Shown piece by piece: positions 1-12,067 of a stretch of DNA of 64,000 bases. The notes beneath the pieces are model-generated. The model was not told where the DNA came from and made no database searches. It saw nothing but the letters and a program-made list of their open reading frames with translations. Source of the DNA: Octopus sinensis (Eukaryota); NCBI RefSeq assembly GCF_006345805.1, contig NC_043006.1, positions 54,436,001-54,500,000 of the forward strand. The letters run 5' to 3'. The first letter of the stretch is position 1. Every line of letters starts with the position of its first letter. Made by a program: the position numbers and the translations under genes.

Positions 1-262
1 GTCTGGCCATTGGGAAATATCATTTACCCTAATTGGAGACAAGTGTGGGTTGGCATGAAGAAGGGCTTCTGGCCATAGAAAATCTGCCTCAACAAAATTC
101 TGTCTGACCATGTGACAGTAGGAAAATGGACGATAAAATGATGAAGGTGAATTTAGGGGATTCTGTTAGGTCTTTTTTTTTTTTTTAATAAGATTGATGT
201 ATGATCCAATGAATTGATGAAAAGTTTAATCTGAGATTTTTAGCATTTAGCCCTGTTGTGAA

Positions 263-430
263 TTAACCCTTTAGCATTCAGACTTCTCTGTCTCACGTAG
301 AGCTTATTTGTTCATATTCATTCTGAAGTTATCATGCATTATCTCACAACTTAAAGATCTAGCCATTTTGAATACAAAACAAGCAGAATATTTGGGTTGG
401 ACATGGCCAGTTTAAATGCTAAAGGATTAA
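263..430. mobile_element. TTAA-flanked MITE (piggyBac-like)
   Basis: ttaa-ccctttagcatt ... aatgctaaagga-ttaa. A related copy lies in reverse orientation at 8616-8828. Confidence 0.7.
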
Positions 431-2361
431 TGGGTTTCGTCATTATCAATGTCTACTTTTCTATGCTTGCATGGGTTAGACAGATTTTCTAAGGATGGCT
501 GATCTTCCTGCCTCCAGCCCTCACCTGTATTCAAGCAAGGTAATACTTCCCCAAAGGCCAGACATGTTCTCAGAGAATTTTGGAAATGAATGACACTGCT
601 TCTGTGACAGTGACACTCATTTACAACTATCCTGCAATGTCAAGACAAGGACACAAATACACACAAGAAGCTTCTTTTCAGTTTCTGTTCACAAAATACA
701 CTCATAAAGCTTTGGCAGTCCAGGGTTATAGTAGAAAGAAACACACTTATGAACCCATAAGTTGATTCAAGAAAAGACTAACAAATTCTACAAAAAGTAT
801 CTCATTCTGCTCTACTTAGCAGATCAAGAAAGATGTAGAAATACATGTTTTTGTAGCAGTCTGAGGTATTGAGGCTAAAACCTATTCCTAAGTTATCCAC
901 ACAGCAGAATTGTCATGGTTTAAACCCTGTTAGTCTATAAAAATGAATTCTCAACATGCTGCACAGTTAGGTGTAGGAATGGCTGTATGCAGGGCCAAAT
1001 TAAGACCCACTGGGGTCCAAAGCACTGAAAAGATTTTGGTGCCCCACATATATGTAATTCAAAATATAAACAATAAACCAAATTTTATTTTTCAAAATGA
1101 AACCAACCTAACAGTAAGATGTTATACTTACACTTTATCTATATGGTGGCGAGCTGGCAGAATTGTTAGCACGCCAGGCGACATGCTTAGCGGTATTTCA
1201 TCTGTCGTTACGTTCTGAGTTCAAATTCCGCCGAGGTTGACTGGCTAATCCAGTGCTGGCTGTATGGCAAGAAGTTTGCTTCTAAACCACATGGTTTGGG
1301 GTTTAAGTCCCACTACTATAGTCTCAGGCCAACCAAAACCTTGTGAGTGGATTTAGTAGACAGAAACTGAAAGAAACCCATCATATGTGTGTGTGTTTGT
1401 CCCAACACTGTTTGACAACTGGTATTCATTTGTTGATATCTTTGATTCAGCAAAAAGACATCGATAGAAGAAGTATCAGGATTGATTTGTTCAAGACAGT
1501 GGCCCAGCATGACTACAATCCAATGACTGAAGGAAGTAAAAGATAAAAGTGTGTTATAAGTTGTCTCAAAGATAGTTAAATAACCAATAATGAACAATCC
1601 GAGTGGTTTCTATTCGTAGAATAAACTCTAGCAGTTTATAATTTAATAAATTAACAATGTTCCAGCCATGTCCACTCTATCTTTTATTCAGTCTTCCAAT
1701 TTGTTTTTCTTTTGTGTTTAAGATGATTGGATGAAATGTGAGAGATTTGGTTGTTGTTTCTAGCAGGTTGCTAATCAGCTTGTTAACCCTGTCTTCCCAT
1801 CTGCCAAAGCTGGAAAAAAAAATCTAGATCTGTTATTGTTAGTTCCTAACATGAATAGCCACTAAGGAAGATTCTATATACTAATAATTTGGACTTCATT
1901 TCAGGAGTAATCCACTAAAATTCATGCAAAATTTGAAAAGTGGAAACTTTAATCCTTCCTACTATAGGCACAAGGCCTGAAATTTTAAAGGATGGATCTA
2001 GTTGTCCTCAATGCTCAACTGGTACTTATTTTATCAACCCCAAAAGGATGAAAGGTAAAGTCAACCCCAGTGGCATTTGAACTTGGAATGTAAAGTTGGA
2101 AGAACTTACCACAAAATTAAGCATGTTTTTCGGCACCATAACAATTCTACCAGCTTGCTGCTGTTTTTAAGTAAGATAATATAGGTTTTTTTTTTAATAG
2201 CATAAATCAGAGAAAGGGCAGTACAGACCAGGAACATTTGGGGGCCTTTCATGCTGATAAGACATATGTTCATATTGATACTTAATTGAACATCTTTAGG
2301 AAAATCATGACTCAACAAAAACCCTGGAAAAATCAGATTAGAAGTAGTGCTAGAGTAATAT

Positions 2362-2645
2362 ATCATCATCATCATCATTTAACGTCTGCTTTCCATGCTA
2401 GCATGGGTTGGGTGACTTGACTGAGGACTGGCGAACCAGATGGCTGCACCACACTCCAATCTTGATCTGGCAGAGTTTCTACAGCTGGATGTCCTTCCTA
2501 ATGCCAACCTCTCCGAGAGTGTAGTGGGTGCTTTTACATGCCACGGACACGAGGGCCAGTCTGGTGGTACTGGCAATGGTCACGCTCAAATGGTGTTTTT
2601 TACGTGCCACCTGCACAGGAGTCAGTCCAGCGGCACTGGGAACAA
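2362..2645 (-). mobile_element. SINE-like retroposon family C with (GAT)n tail (representative)
   Basis: Element strand carries ggttggc(g/a)ttaggaagg(g/a)catccagctgtagaaa and ends gacgttaaatgatgatg. Other copies at about 20-150(+), 440-700, 23240-24010, 41280-41470, 57185-57335(+), 59123-59400, 61310-61550 and 61957-62170. Confidence 0.8.
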
Positions 2646-2924
2646 CCTATATATATATATATATATATAAATATATATATAAATTAAGATCACCCTACGC
2701 TGAGGATTTACAGATACTTGCATTTTGCAAGTATTAATAATGAAATCATGATACGTAGGTAATCGTTTTATTTTGTCAATTTTCATTTGCCTTGCTAATT
2801 TTTTTACATTTTGGCGTTTGCTGTTTTTTTTTCTTGAGAACACACTCTTTGTGGTAAGGCGATTTGACGTCTGTCTCTAGCGGATAGGAATCCACTTTAG
2901 TGGTCATTCCTCTTATTAATTGTT

Positions 2925-2968
<44 letters not shown>

Positions 2969-2969
2969 A

Positions 2970-3270
2970 TGGACTCTCCTGCCGTTAGACGATGTATGAG
3001 GGTTCGGGAATTTCTTGCCAAACAACCACACATATGATTTGTTTCTAGTGATCAAATGTTTGTGTACACATAAGCTCACTCCCTCCATCAGATCGACATT
3101 ACCTGTACAGGTGCATCATGTGTCACATGTCAGATAACGAAATGATCGTAGAGCAATGTGAAGTGAAGTTCTTTACTCAAAAACACAATGCAACGTCCGG
3201 TCTGGGAATCGAACCCACGATCTTGCAATCGTGAGTGCAACACCCTAATCATTAAGCCATACGCCTTCAC
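2970..3270 (-). mobile_element. tRNA-derived SINE, family D (representative)
   Basis: Minus-strand head ggcgtatggcttaatgattagggtgttgcactcacga...ggttcgattccc. Related copies at about 22929-23090(+), 24150-24255(-), 28924-29210(+) and 34905-35145(-). Confidence 0.72.
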
Positions 3271-3360
3271 ACACACACACACACAGATATAGATATAATT
3301 AAATTGGGCAGCAGTTTAGCAATGTGTCACCAAACAGGAAAATTATAATTGTCATTAAAA

Positions 3361-3533
3361 ATGATAAGGTGTTGGAACACCTACAATGCTAGAAATAAGA
3401 TATCATGACGCCGATTTCAGTCGTTTATGGTCGTTGTTACTATGTTTGTATTCAATTATGTGCGCTGACTGCAGCATCAGACCACTTTAGCTCTCATTTC
3501 TAGCATTGTACGTGTTCTAATACCCTCTGTCAT
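3361..3533. mobile_element. Short element with ~40-bp inverted terminal repeats
   Basis: gtgttggaacacctacaatgctagaaataaga versus tctcatttctagcattgtacgtgttctaatac. Confidence 0.65.
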
Positions 3534-3632
3534 GTGTGTGTATGGAAATAATTGTACGTTACACAAATTATGCAACAATGTAAAGTATTCAGTACTGGGT
3601 TTAGAGTAACAGTGAAATGAATGCTGAATAAA

Positions 3633-3732
3633 TACATGAATATTATTTTACTATAGTTTCTGCTTTTGAACCGTCAGAAATGTTTTCTGGGGATTCAAAC
3701 GAAGAAACAATAGTAAAATAAATATTCCTGTA
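3633..3732. repeat. 100-bp fold-back palindrome (mini-MITE-like)
   Basis: Arms of about 48 bp with a 2-3 nt loop; ends TA-CA..TG-TA. Confidence 0.75.
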
Positions 3733-3749
3733 TGTGCATACACACACAC

Positions 3750-3785
<36 letters not shown>

Positions 3786-3830
3786 GACGTGTATATGATT
3801 GTTCATACATGTATGTGTGTGTGTGTGTAT

Positions 3831-3874
<44 letters not shown>

Positions 3875-3902
3875 CTTTTCGCAGGAAGGAAGTTTTCTTC
3901 GA

Positions 3903-3970
3903 ATTATACGTCTCGCTTTTATCCTTCGAAACGTTTAGTAGATGAAACCTTAGCGACTGAAGAAGGGGAT
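3903..3970 (+). ncRNA. Putative hammerhead ribozyme with non-canonical strand order (copy 1)
   Basis: GUC at 3910-3912, GAAA at 3928-3931, CUGAAGA at 3957-3963. Stem I UCGCU/AGCGA, stem II AUCCUU/GGGGAU, stem III AUUAUACGU/ACGUUUAGU. Confidence 0.55.
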
Positions 3971-4740
3971 TTTTCGTTGTGCTTATTGTCCTGTATCTCT
4001 CTTTTTTTGCTTGTCTTGTTCCTTGGTTTGTGTCTATGTTTTTCGTCTCTCTATGTGTTCGACGTCTTTTTGGTGTCCTGTACACATATATGCGTGTATA
4101 TGTACATGTAGAGGTAGGTACGTACATATATGTTTATATATATGCATGTTCTATTTTATTAACATATTATACGACTAAACGCACGCACCCTATTAAGTAA
4201 GATTGTTCTGTTTATCAAGTTAGCCTTGATATTAACTCTCACGCGACTCTGCATCTTTCTTTCTTTCCCTCCCATTCCCTTTTTCGTCTTTTTTCCCTCA
4301 CTTAACTTGTCTCTTCCTCTCTCTCTCCCCCTCACCGTTCTTCATGGTCTCCTCGCACCATTCCCCTTCTTCTCTCTCTTCCTCTTGCTCCTCCTCCCCC
4401 ATTCCCGTCGTCCATCTGCGACGATACTTCCGTCGTAACTGCTATCCTGTCTTTTCTCGCCCGCCTTCTAAGGCTACTGATCGACTTTCTTTCTCTCTCG
4501 TCGTCCACTATAATCCAGCGTTTGCAATACTTTTTTCGTCTGGCGTTAACAGCCCTTCTTATCTTGTTCTCCTTGTCCTGTCTCTCACTGTTATATATTT
4601 ATTTTTCCACTGTTTATATATATATTTTTTACTGTTTATATGTTTGTACTGTCGTTACCGTCTTGCTTTTTTTACCCCTCTGCGAAAAGATCTCAGAATT
4701 TTAATTGATTTGCTTTTCGCAGGAAGGAAGTTTTCTTCGA

Positions 4741-4808
4741 ATTATACGTCTCGCTTTTATCCTTCGAAACGTTTAGTAGATGAAACCTTAGCGACTGAAG
4801 AAGGGGAT
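4741..4808 (+). ncRNA. Putative hammerhead ribozyme with non-canonical strand order (copy 2)
   Basis: Same motif as copy 1: GUC 4748-4750, GAAA 4766-4769, CUGAAGA 4795-4801. Confidence 0.55.
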
Positions 4809-5099
4809 TTTTCGTTGTGCTTATTGTCCTGTATCTCTTTTTTTGCTTGTCTTGTTCCTTGGTTTGTGTCTATGTTTTTCGTCTCTCTATGTGTTCGACG
4901 TCTTTTTGGTGTCCTGTACACATATATGCGTGTATATGTACATGTAGAGGTAGGTACGTACATATATGTTTATATATATGCATATGTTCTATTTTATTAA
5001 CATATATATATATATATATGCACAATCACACACACGTCTACATTGACAGACGACACATTAAGCTGACCCAGCTCAGATATCCTAACCGTCCCACTCCAC

Positions 5100-6300
5100 C
5101 CACCCAAGTGCATTTTGAAAGAGAGAGAGAGAGAGAGAGCTGAAAGAAGTCATGGCCAGTGTCCACCCACCCATCCATCCACCCTCATTACGAACATATC
5201 TATGCAGACAGTATTATATTATTTATTCTAAAGCCAGAGAGAGAGAGAGAGAGAGAGATACTTTTCTACTTGAAACAAAGAATCTACAAACACACAGGTA
5301 CAATGTGAGGGGAAGTTTTGCAAATGAGCCAGCTGTGAAATGAACTCACATACCCCCTTTGTATGTCTGACTTTTTATAGTTTATACATATAGTACGTAC
5401 ACACCTATGTCTATCGTGCCTACACAACTAGTATACTCTCTCTCTCTCTCTCATTCTGTCCGTATATGTGTATGTGTATATAGATCTCTCTCTCTCTCTC
5501 TCTCTCCCTCCCTCCCACTTATGCCTTTTCTTTGAAATCTACACACTTTCAATTTCTTTGACCTTCTCTCTTGTTTCTTCTACACACACTTCTTATATCA
5601 CATTCTCCTTTTCTCTCTCTCTCCCCCATATTCACACACACACACACACTCCGGTACGCGCATACCTTCTCTCACATTTCTCAACCTACCCTCTCTCTCC
5701 GTTTCATACACTTTTATCTGTCTTACACTTAGACTAAGCACTTATATACATACATTGTCGCATATTTGTGTCTTCTTACACACATACACATTCTCTCTCT
5801 CTCTCTCTCTCTCTTTATACACATACACTTAATGCATTCTTTTTCTCTGACACATTCTTTCTTTCTTTCTCTTTCTCTCTCTCTCAGAGTTCCTTCCCTA
5901 CATTTATACACACACAACGTAATGACACAAGCACATGTTCTCTATCACTATCATACACAGACATTCTCTGACACACACACACACACATTCTCTTCCTTAC
6001 ACACATTCTCTCACAGACGCATAACACAACCTTATAGTCTACACGCACAGACTGTCTCCCTCTCATGCCTATACATCTAACAGAAACATCATACCCTGTC
6101 ATATACACACAGACAGTTTCACCCATACACAGCAGAAGCACGTACTCTGTCATACGCACACATACACTCTTTTATACACACACACACACACACATTATAC
6201 AAACACAGCGCTTTCTCTCTTTTATGCATACACACGTCACACACACTTTCTTTCTCTCTCTCTCTCTCTCGCACACACACACACACACACAACTGTGTCA
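5100..6300. repeat. Compound (GA)n/(CT)n/(CA)n microsatellite and low-complexity block
   Basis: Runs visible directly; similar (TA)n and (CA)n runs occur throughout the window. Confidence 0.9.
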
Positions 6301-8076
6301 CTTTTCAAGCATAGAAACTTTTGTTGTTCTGCAACACAGTTTTGTTGATGATGGGTTTCTATCTAGGCTGGATGGAGAACGATGACTGTGGTACTTAATG
6401 GTTAGTGGTGTTGGTGGTAGTAGTACTTATAAATAGGTAGTAGTAGTAGTAGTTATGATGGTAGTGTTACAGGTACTGTAGATAGTATTGGAACATTGAG
6501 AAAAGGGACACAGTGAGGTGGGGCCCAAAGAAAGGAAAATAAAAAAAAATTAAGGTGTGTATGTGTGGGGGGGGGTTAATTTTAAAGCAACATAGTTGGC
6601 CTCCCCCCTCCATACACCACACCACCACCACTACCAGTGCTACTGCCTCCGCCACCACCACTACCCTTACCATTTGCTACAGAATAGAGATCACACAAGA
6701 TGAGAGATGGAGGTTTCTTAAAAGAATAGTTTTACCAGCTGGTATGTTTAAGATGCTGACATTATCTCCCTTGCTGGGAGGCCCCATGGTGGTGAGGCTG
6801 TGAAGAGAGTGTGTGCAAGAGAGAGAACGAGGGAGTGTGTGTGTGTGTGTGTGTATAACAACAAGGACAGACAGACATACAAAAAGATGAAAGAAAAAAT
6901 ATCCAGGAGCAGGATTTTAAGAGTGAATGATTTAGTATGTACCAAATAATAAAAGGTTGGAATGAAGAAGAACAAAAGCAAGAAGAGAGATGATGAACAT
7001 TGGAAATAGAACTGTTTTGAGGCTAGTGAGTTTCATCATCATTTAACATCAGTTTTCCATGCCGTCATGGGTTGAATGAGTTTGTAAGGGGATAAAGTTT
7101 ACTGATAAACTATAGATATAAGCAGATTGATTTATTGACAGACTAACTTGTATCTTCATCTTCATCATTTTAATGTCCTTGCTGGTGCACCACCTTGAAG
7201 GGTTTACTGAAACAAATTGAGCTTGGTATTTATTTACTTATTTCGTCTGCCGTAACGTTCTGAGTTCAAATTCCGCTGAGGTCGACTTTGCCTTTCATCC
7301 TTTCGGGGGTCGATAAATTAAGTACCAGTTATGCAATCGATGTAATCGACTTAATCCGTTTGTCTGTCCTTGTTTGTCCCCTCTGTGTTTAGCCCCTTGT
7401 GGGTAGTAAAGAAATAGGTATTTATTTACTTTTTTAAGGTCGGTACTTATTCTATCAGTCTCGTTTGCTGAACCACTAAGTTATGGGAACACAAACAACC
7501 AGCATTGGTTGTCAAGCGATGGTGGGAGACAAGCACACAAACTCACTCACACACACACACACATATATAACAGGTTTCTTTCAGCTTCTATCAACCAAAT
7601 CCACTGACAAGGCTTTGATCAGCTCAGAGCTATTAGTGGAGGATATTTGGTTAGGGTGACACAAACACACACAGGACACTGGAAGGTTTCTCAGAGTTGC
7701 TTCTTGCATGAAGAACATGTAAGCAAATGTACTTAATGTAGTAAGCCGAATATAATTCTTTAATAAATTGAAATTACAATTGATATGTGAAGAAAGCAAT
7801 TACTAATGACAATTGTTGAGAGGAGCAAGGAAGAGAACTCCAAAATATAAAAAAAGGATTAAAAATTAAATGTAAATATGCTGCTGGCAAACTGTTATGT
7901 AAATATGCTGCTGGCAAACTGTTAGTTATAGTGACAACTCTGGATGTGTTTTTGCCTTATTAGACCTCCTCAGTGAAGCACAGTCTAATCTAAAATCTTA
8001 CAAGAAATGTTTTGAAGGAGTATTTTTGCTTTGTTTTTTTAAGAAAAAGTATTCACAGGTTAGGTAATTTAAAATT

Positions 8077-9086
8077 GCAGACATCTATATAAGACAAGAA
8101 AGCTTCCCAGACAAACAGGCATGCAGCCAATCAGGTAGTTAAGAATACAGCCTAGATCAGACAAACTGTTATAGATAAAGACTTCAGGTATGCAGACAAG
8201 ACAGAGAGCTGGACAGACTTTCTAGATAGCATCACAATAAAGTAGGAGAAGGAAAGAGAGAAAGAGAATGTACTAGTGTATGTATAACTGAGTAAGAGAG
8301 AGGGAGGAGGCTGACAGACATGTAATAAAACATTAAGTAGACAACAACAACGAGCTACATCACTTTACACACAAGTACTCTTCAAAAAAAAAAAAAAAAT
8401 TGCAGACAAGAGTTGTTAAACTGCAAAACATTAATTCAAGAAGTTTTCAGCTGGAAGTCATAGGGGTGACATTCCTGTATGCAAAAGACAAAAAAGTCAA
8501 TTTAAATTTCTCTCTTAACTGAAGAAAACAAAAACAGCAATAAATGTTAACAAGTCTCAAAGCAAAGGGGAGATAATTTTATGAAATTAGGAATTACACA
8601 AAATTAATATACATGTTAACCCAGCCATATCTGGTTCAAATATTCTGCCTGTTCCCTGTTCAAACTGACAAGATCCAGCCTTTCACATCTACCCGACAAT
8701 GTCACTCTAAAAATTAACAATTACATCATGAAAATCTTGAAGCTGTATGATAATGCAAGATCAATTGAAAACCACATGAATAAATAAGCTTTACGTTTCT
8801 CTGAATAATCTGAATGTTAAAAGGTTAAGGAGGGAAACTAATGTTTGTTAGCAGGTAAAGGATAATCACAAGCATGTTTCAGTCTTATTAAATTAAACCT
8901 TGTCCATGAAGCATAGTCAAAACTTGAGCTTGTCATACGAAGGTTTTTTGGATCTATAAGTATTCTTTTACTTGTCTTGTCTGCAACCTGAAGTCTTTAT
9001 AACAGTTTGTCTGATCTAGACTGTATTCTTAACTACCTGATTGCCTGTTTGTCTGGGAAACTTTCTTGTCTTATATAGATGTCTGC
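8077..9086. repeat. Local inverted duplication (8077-8203 versus 8973-9086)
   Basis: gcagacatctatataagacaagaaag...tgcagacaagaca recurs as its reverse complement about 770 bp downstream. Confidence 0.9.
8616..8828. mobile_element. TTAA-flanked MITE, same family as 263-430
   Basis: Reverse-complement similarity to 263-430; ends ttaaccc / aaggttaa. Confidence 0.6.
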
Positions 9087-9831
9087 GGCCATTCTAGGAC
9101 ACCACCTTGAAGAATTTTTAAATCAAATAAATTGACCCCAGTACTAATTTTTTTAAAGCCTGGTACTTATTCTATTCTATCAGTCTCTTTTGCTCAACCA
9201 CTAAGATATGGTTTAAATAGGTCTGAAATGTTCAGCTGGTGTTGACTCACTTCAAAATTTTTAGTATCTTCACATACCAACACTGGTTGTCAAGCAGTGG
9301 TGAGGAACAAACACAGACACAAAGATACACCCCCAACCCCTCAAACACACATATATATGTGACAGGTTTCCTTCAGTTTCTTATTTCTTTATTGCTCACA
9401 AGGGGCTAAACATAGAGGGGACAAACAAGGACAGACAAAGGGATTAAGTCGATTACATTGACCCCAGTGCATAACTGGTACTTAATTTATCGACCCTGAA
9501 AGGATGAAAGGCAAAGTCGACCTTGGTAGAATTTGAACTCAGTACATAAAGACAGACGAAATACCGCTAACGGCGTGCTAATGTTTCTGCCAGCTCACTG
9601 CCTTAGCTTGGGCTTCCTTCAGTTTCTGTTTACTAACTCCACTCACTGGGCTTTGGTCAGCCTGATGCCATAGTAGAAAACACTTGCCTACAGTGCCATG
9701 CAGGAAAACTGAACCGTGAACCATTAGGTTAAGAAGCAAACATCTTAACACAGCCAACCTAGAGTGGGTTGATGACATGAATATAGATAAGTTAACATGG
9801 CAATACTAAATGAAGCACATTATGCACATAT

Positions 9832-10225
9832 AGCAGTAGCTGTGTGGTAAGTAGCTTGCTTACGAACCACATGGTTCCGGGTTCAGTCCCACTGCATGGC
9901 ACCGTGGGCAAGTGTCTTCTACTATAGCCTCAGCAGACCAAAGCCTTGTGAGTGGATTTGGTAGACAGAAACTGAAAGAAGCCCGTCGTATATATATATA
10001 TATGTATGTATGTATGTGTGTATATATGTTTGTGTGTCTGTCCCCGCAGCATTGCTTGACAACCGATGGTGGTGTGTTTATGTCCCTGTAACTTAGAGGT
10101 TCAGCAAAAGAGACCAATAAAATAAGTACTAGGCTTACAAAGAATAAGTCCTGGGGTCAATTTGCTTGACTAAAGGCAGTGCTCCAGCATGGCCACAGTC
10201 AAATGACTGAAAGAAGAAAAAGAGT
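9832..10225 (+). mobile_element. SINE family B
   Basis: Near full-length match to 45435-45812. Confidence 0.87.
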
Positions 10226-10297
10226 ATATAAGTAATGTTTATTGCCATATATTGTGAGCTGGAGTGGACTTCTGCTATCTTTCTGGCAGTCGGGTTT

Positions 10298-10347
10298 TCA
10301 TGACTGAAGATGGGCACAAATAGCCCAAAACTGATTTGGTCTTGTGA
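10298..10347 (+). ncRNA. Decayed type I hammerhead ribozyme
   Basis: UCAUGA-CUGAAGA-U-GGGC-acaaaua-GCCC-[A]AAA-CUGAUUUG-GUC-UUGUGA. All three stems pair; G12 is mutated to A in a CpG context. Confidence 0.6.
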
Positions 10348-12067
10348 TCCCATCATCTGTTAGAGGATGGTAGAGGTTCGCTACCCTGTTTGCAATATAT
10401 AGTGGGGTGCAAGTTGCACTTCATCGGGCGGAAGATCTGCCTAAAGTTAAAATGGTAGTAACATTGAATAGCGAGATTGGTATGGTGATAAACATTCCTT
10501 ATCAGTATAGTTACTACTTTCATCTTTTTGAGATCTTTCAGCTAGCTACTTTGCTTGTATATATGTGTGTGTGTGTGTGTGTGTGTCTGTGTTTGTCCCC
10601 ATAACTTAGTGAGTGGTTGGCAAAAGAGACCAATAGAATAAGTGCTAAGCTTAAAAAAAAAGAAACAAGTCCTGGGGTCGAGTTATTCGACTAAAAATTC
10701 TTCGTGGCAGTGCCCACACTCAAGCTAGACCTCAGATTTAAGAATATCTTCCTTCCTCTAGTTTCAGTAGCTCTTTAAAATGTCATGATCGTTGCCTTCC
10801 TCTCTGGTTGAGAGTTTAATGAAAAATTGAAAAATGCTTGTGATATAGGTTTAACTTGACAATCACTAATCAGAATACATCAGGTCATATCATAAAGGAG
10901 AAACAGTCAGTTTAGGGAGGTAATTTAAGAAATCAGTGTTTAGGGAGTTATAGTGTGATACAGAGTCAATTAAGAGTATGCCTGGATAGAGAAGAGGTTA
11001 ATTAAAATCACCCAAAACCTCTGTTTGTTTCATGGCTCTACATATAAAAAGTTTCCTTTTTAAAGGTGAACTGACCTGAATAAGGGCTTTTTTTTTGTTT
11101 TGTTTTTTTACATGGCTGTGTGGTTAAGAAGAGTTTGTTTTACAACTATGTGGCTTCAGGTTCAATCTCATTGGCCACCACCTTGGGCTAGTGTCTTCTA
11201 CTATAGAACCAGGCCAACCAACGAATGCCTTATGCAAACTCTGTGGAAGCCTCTATGTGTGTGTGTTTGCATCCCTGCCTCACAGCTTGAGAATTGAGTG
11301 CTTGACAATTGGTGTTTGTTTACATAAGTCTTCATAACTTAGTTGTTCAGGAAATAAGTACCAGAATTTTTTTTTAAATAAGTACTAGGATCAATTTGTT
11401 TAACTAAAGCCTTCAAGGCTGTGCCCCAGTATGACTGCAATCAAATGCCTTAAACAAATAGAAGATAAATAATAAAAGACAAAAGGGGACCAGCAGTCAA
11501 TTAAGCATGCCAGAACTGATATATCTTTGTACCAGTGTTGTCATCAAAATGCAAATGCCTAGAACATATATACTAAAGTATCCCATCTGACTACATGCAA
11601 ATTGATTCAGCAGGATTTGAACTCAGTGTTCTGGGGCCAGAATAAATATTGCATGCTGACAAGTTGTTGTTTAAAAGTTAACATAGATAAGCATTCTAGA
11701 TATGTTCCTAAAATGTCCCAAGCTAAATGACACAACACTATTCAGGTTATTATGATATAACATAAATTGAGAGAGATACAAGCTCAAGTGACTTTGTGTT
11801 GTCACAGGAGAACAAAGTAAGAAATTTTTTAAAATCTCTCCAACATTTATTAAGATTGATAAGTACAGATGACAGATCTGACACTCCAGTTACACTGTAG
11901 CTCTACCCTAGTTGAGAACAATACTGCACATTGCTGTGACATGTATGTAGTCATGAATAGTATAAGGGCAGAGGGGACATGCTGAGGTTGATGTTGAGAC
12001 AGGTGTGTTAAGGTAAGCAGCGGATGTATCAGATTTAACAAAAGCAAGTTATACATATGTACATGTA

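Larger units (their letters stand above)
3872..5005 (+). mobile_element. Non-coding element with ~295-bp terminal direct repeats containing hammerhead motifs (Penelope pLTR / retrozyme-like)
   Basis: 3872-4167 and 4710-5005 are near-identical (offset 838 bp) around a pyrimidine-rich non-coding core, with (TA)n on both flanks. Each repeat carries GTC, CGAAACG and CTGAAGA motifs. Confidence 0.75.

Noticed and set aside
3643-5143. ORFs of up to 218 aa with IYIYIY, THTHT or hydrophobic runs
   Set aside because: They are translations of (TA)n, (CA)n and CT-rich tracts and of the direct repeats; no domain motifs.
7871-7924. 27-bp tandem duplication tgtaaatatgctgctggcaaactgtta
   Set aside because: An ordinary slippage-type duplication with no further structure.
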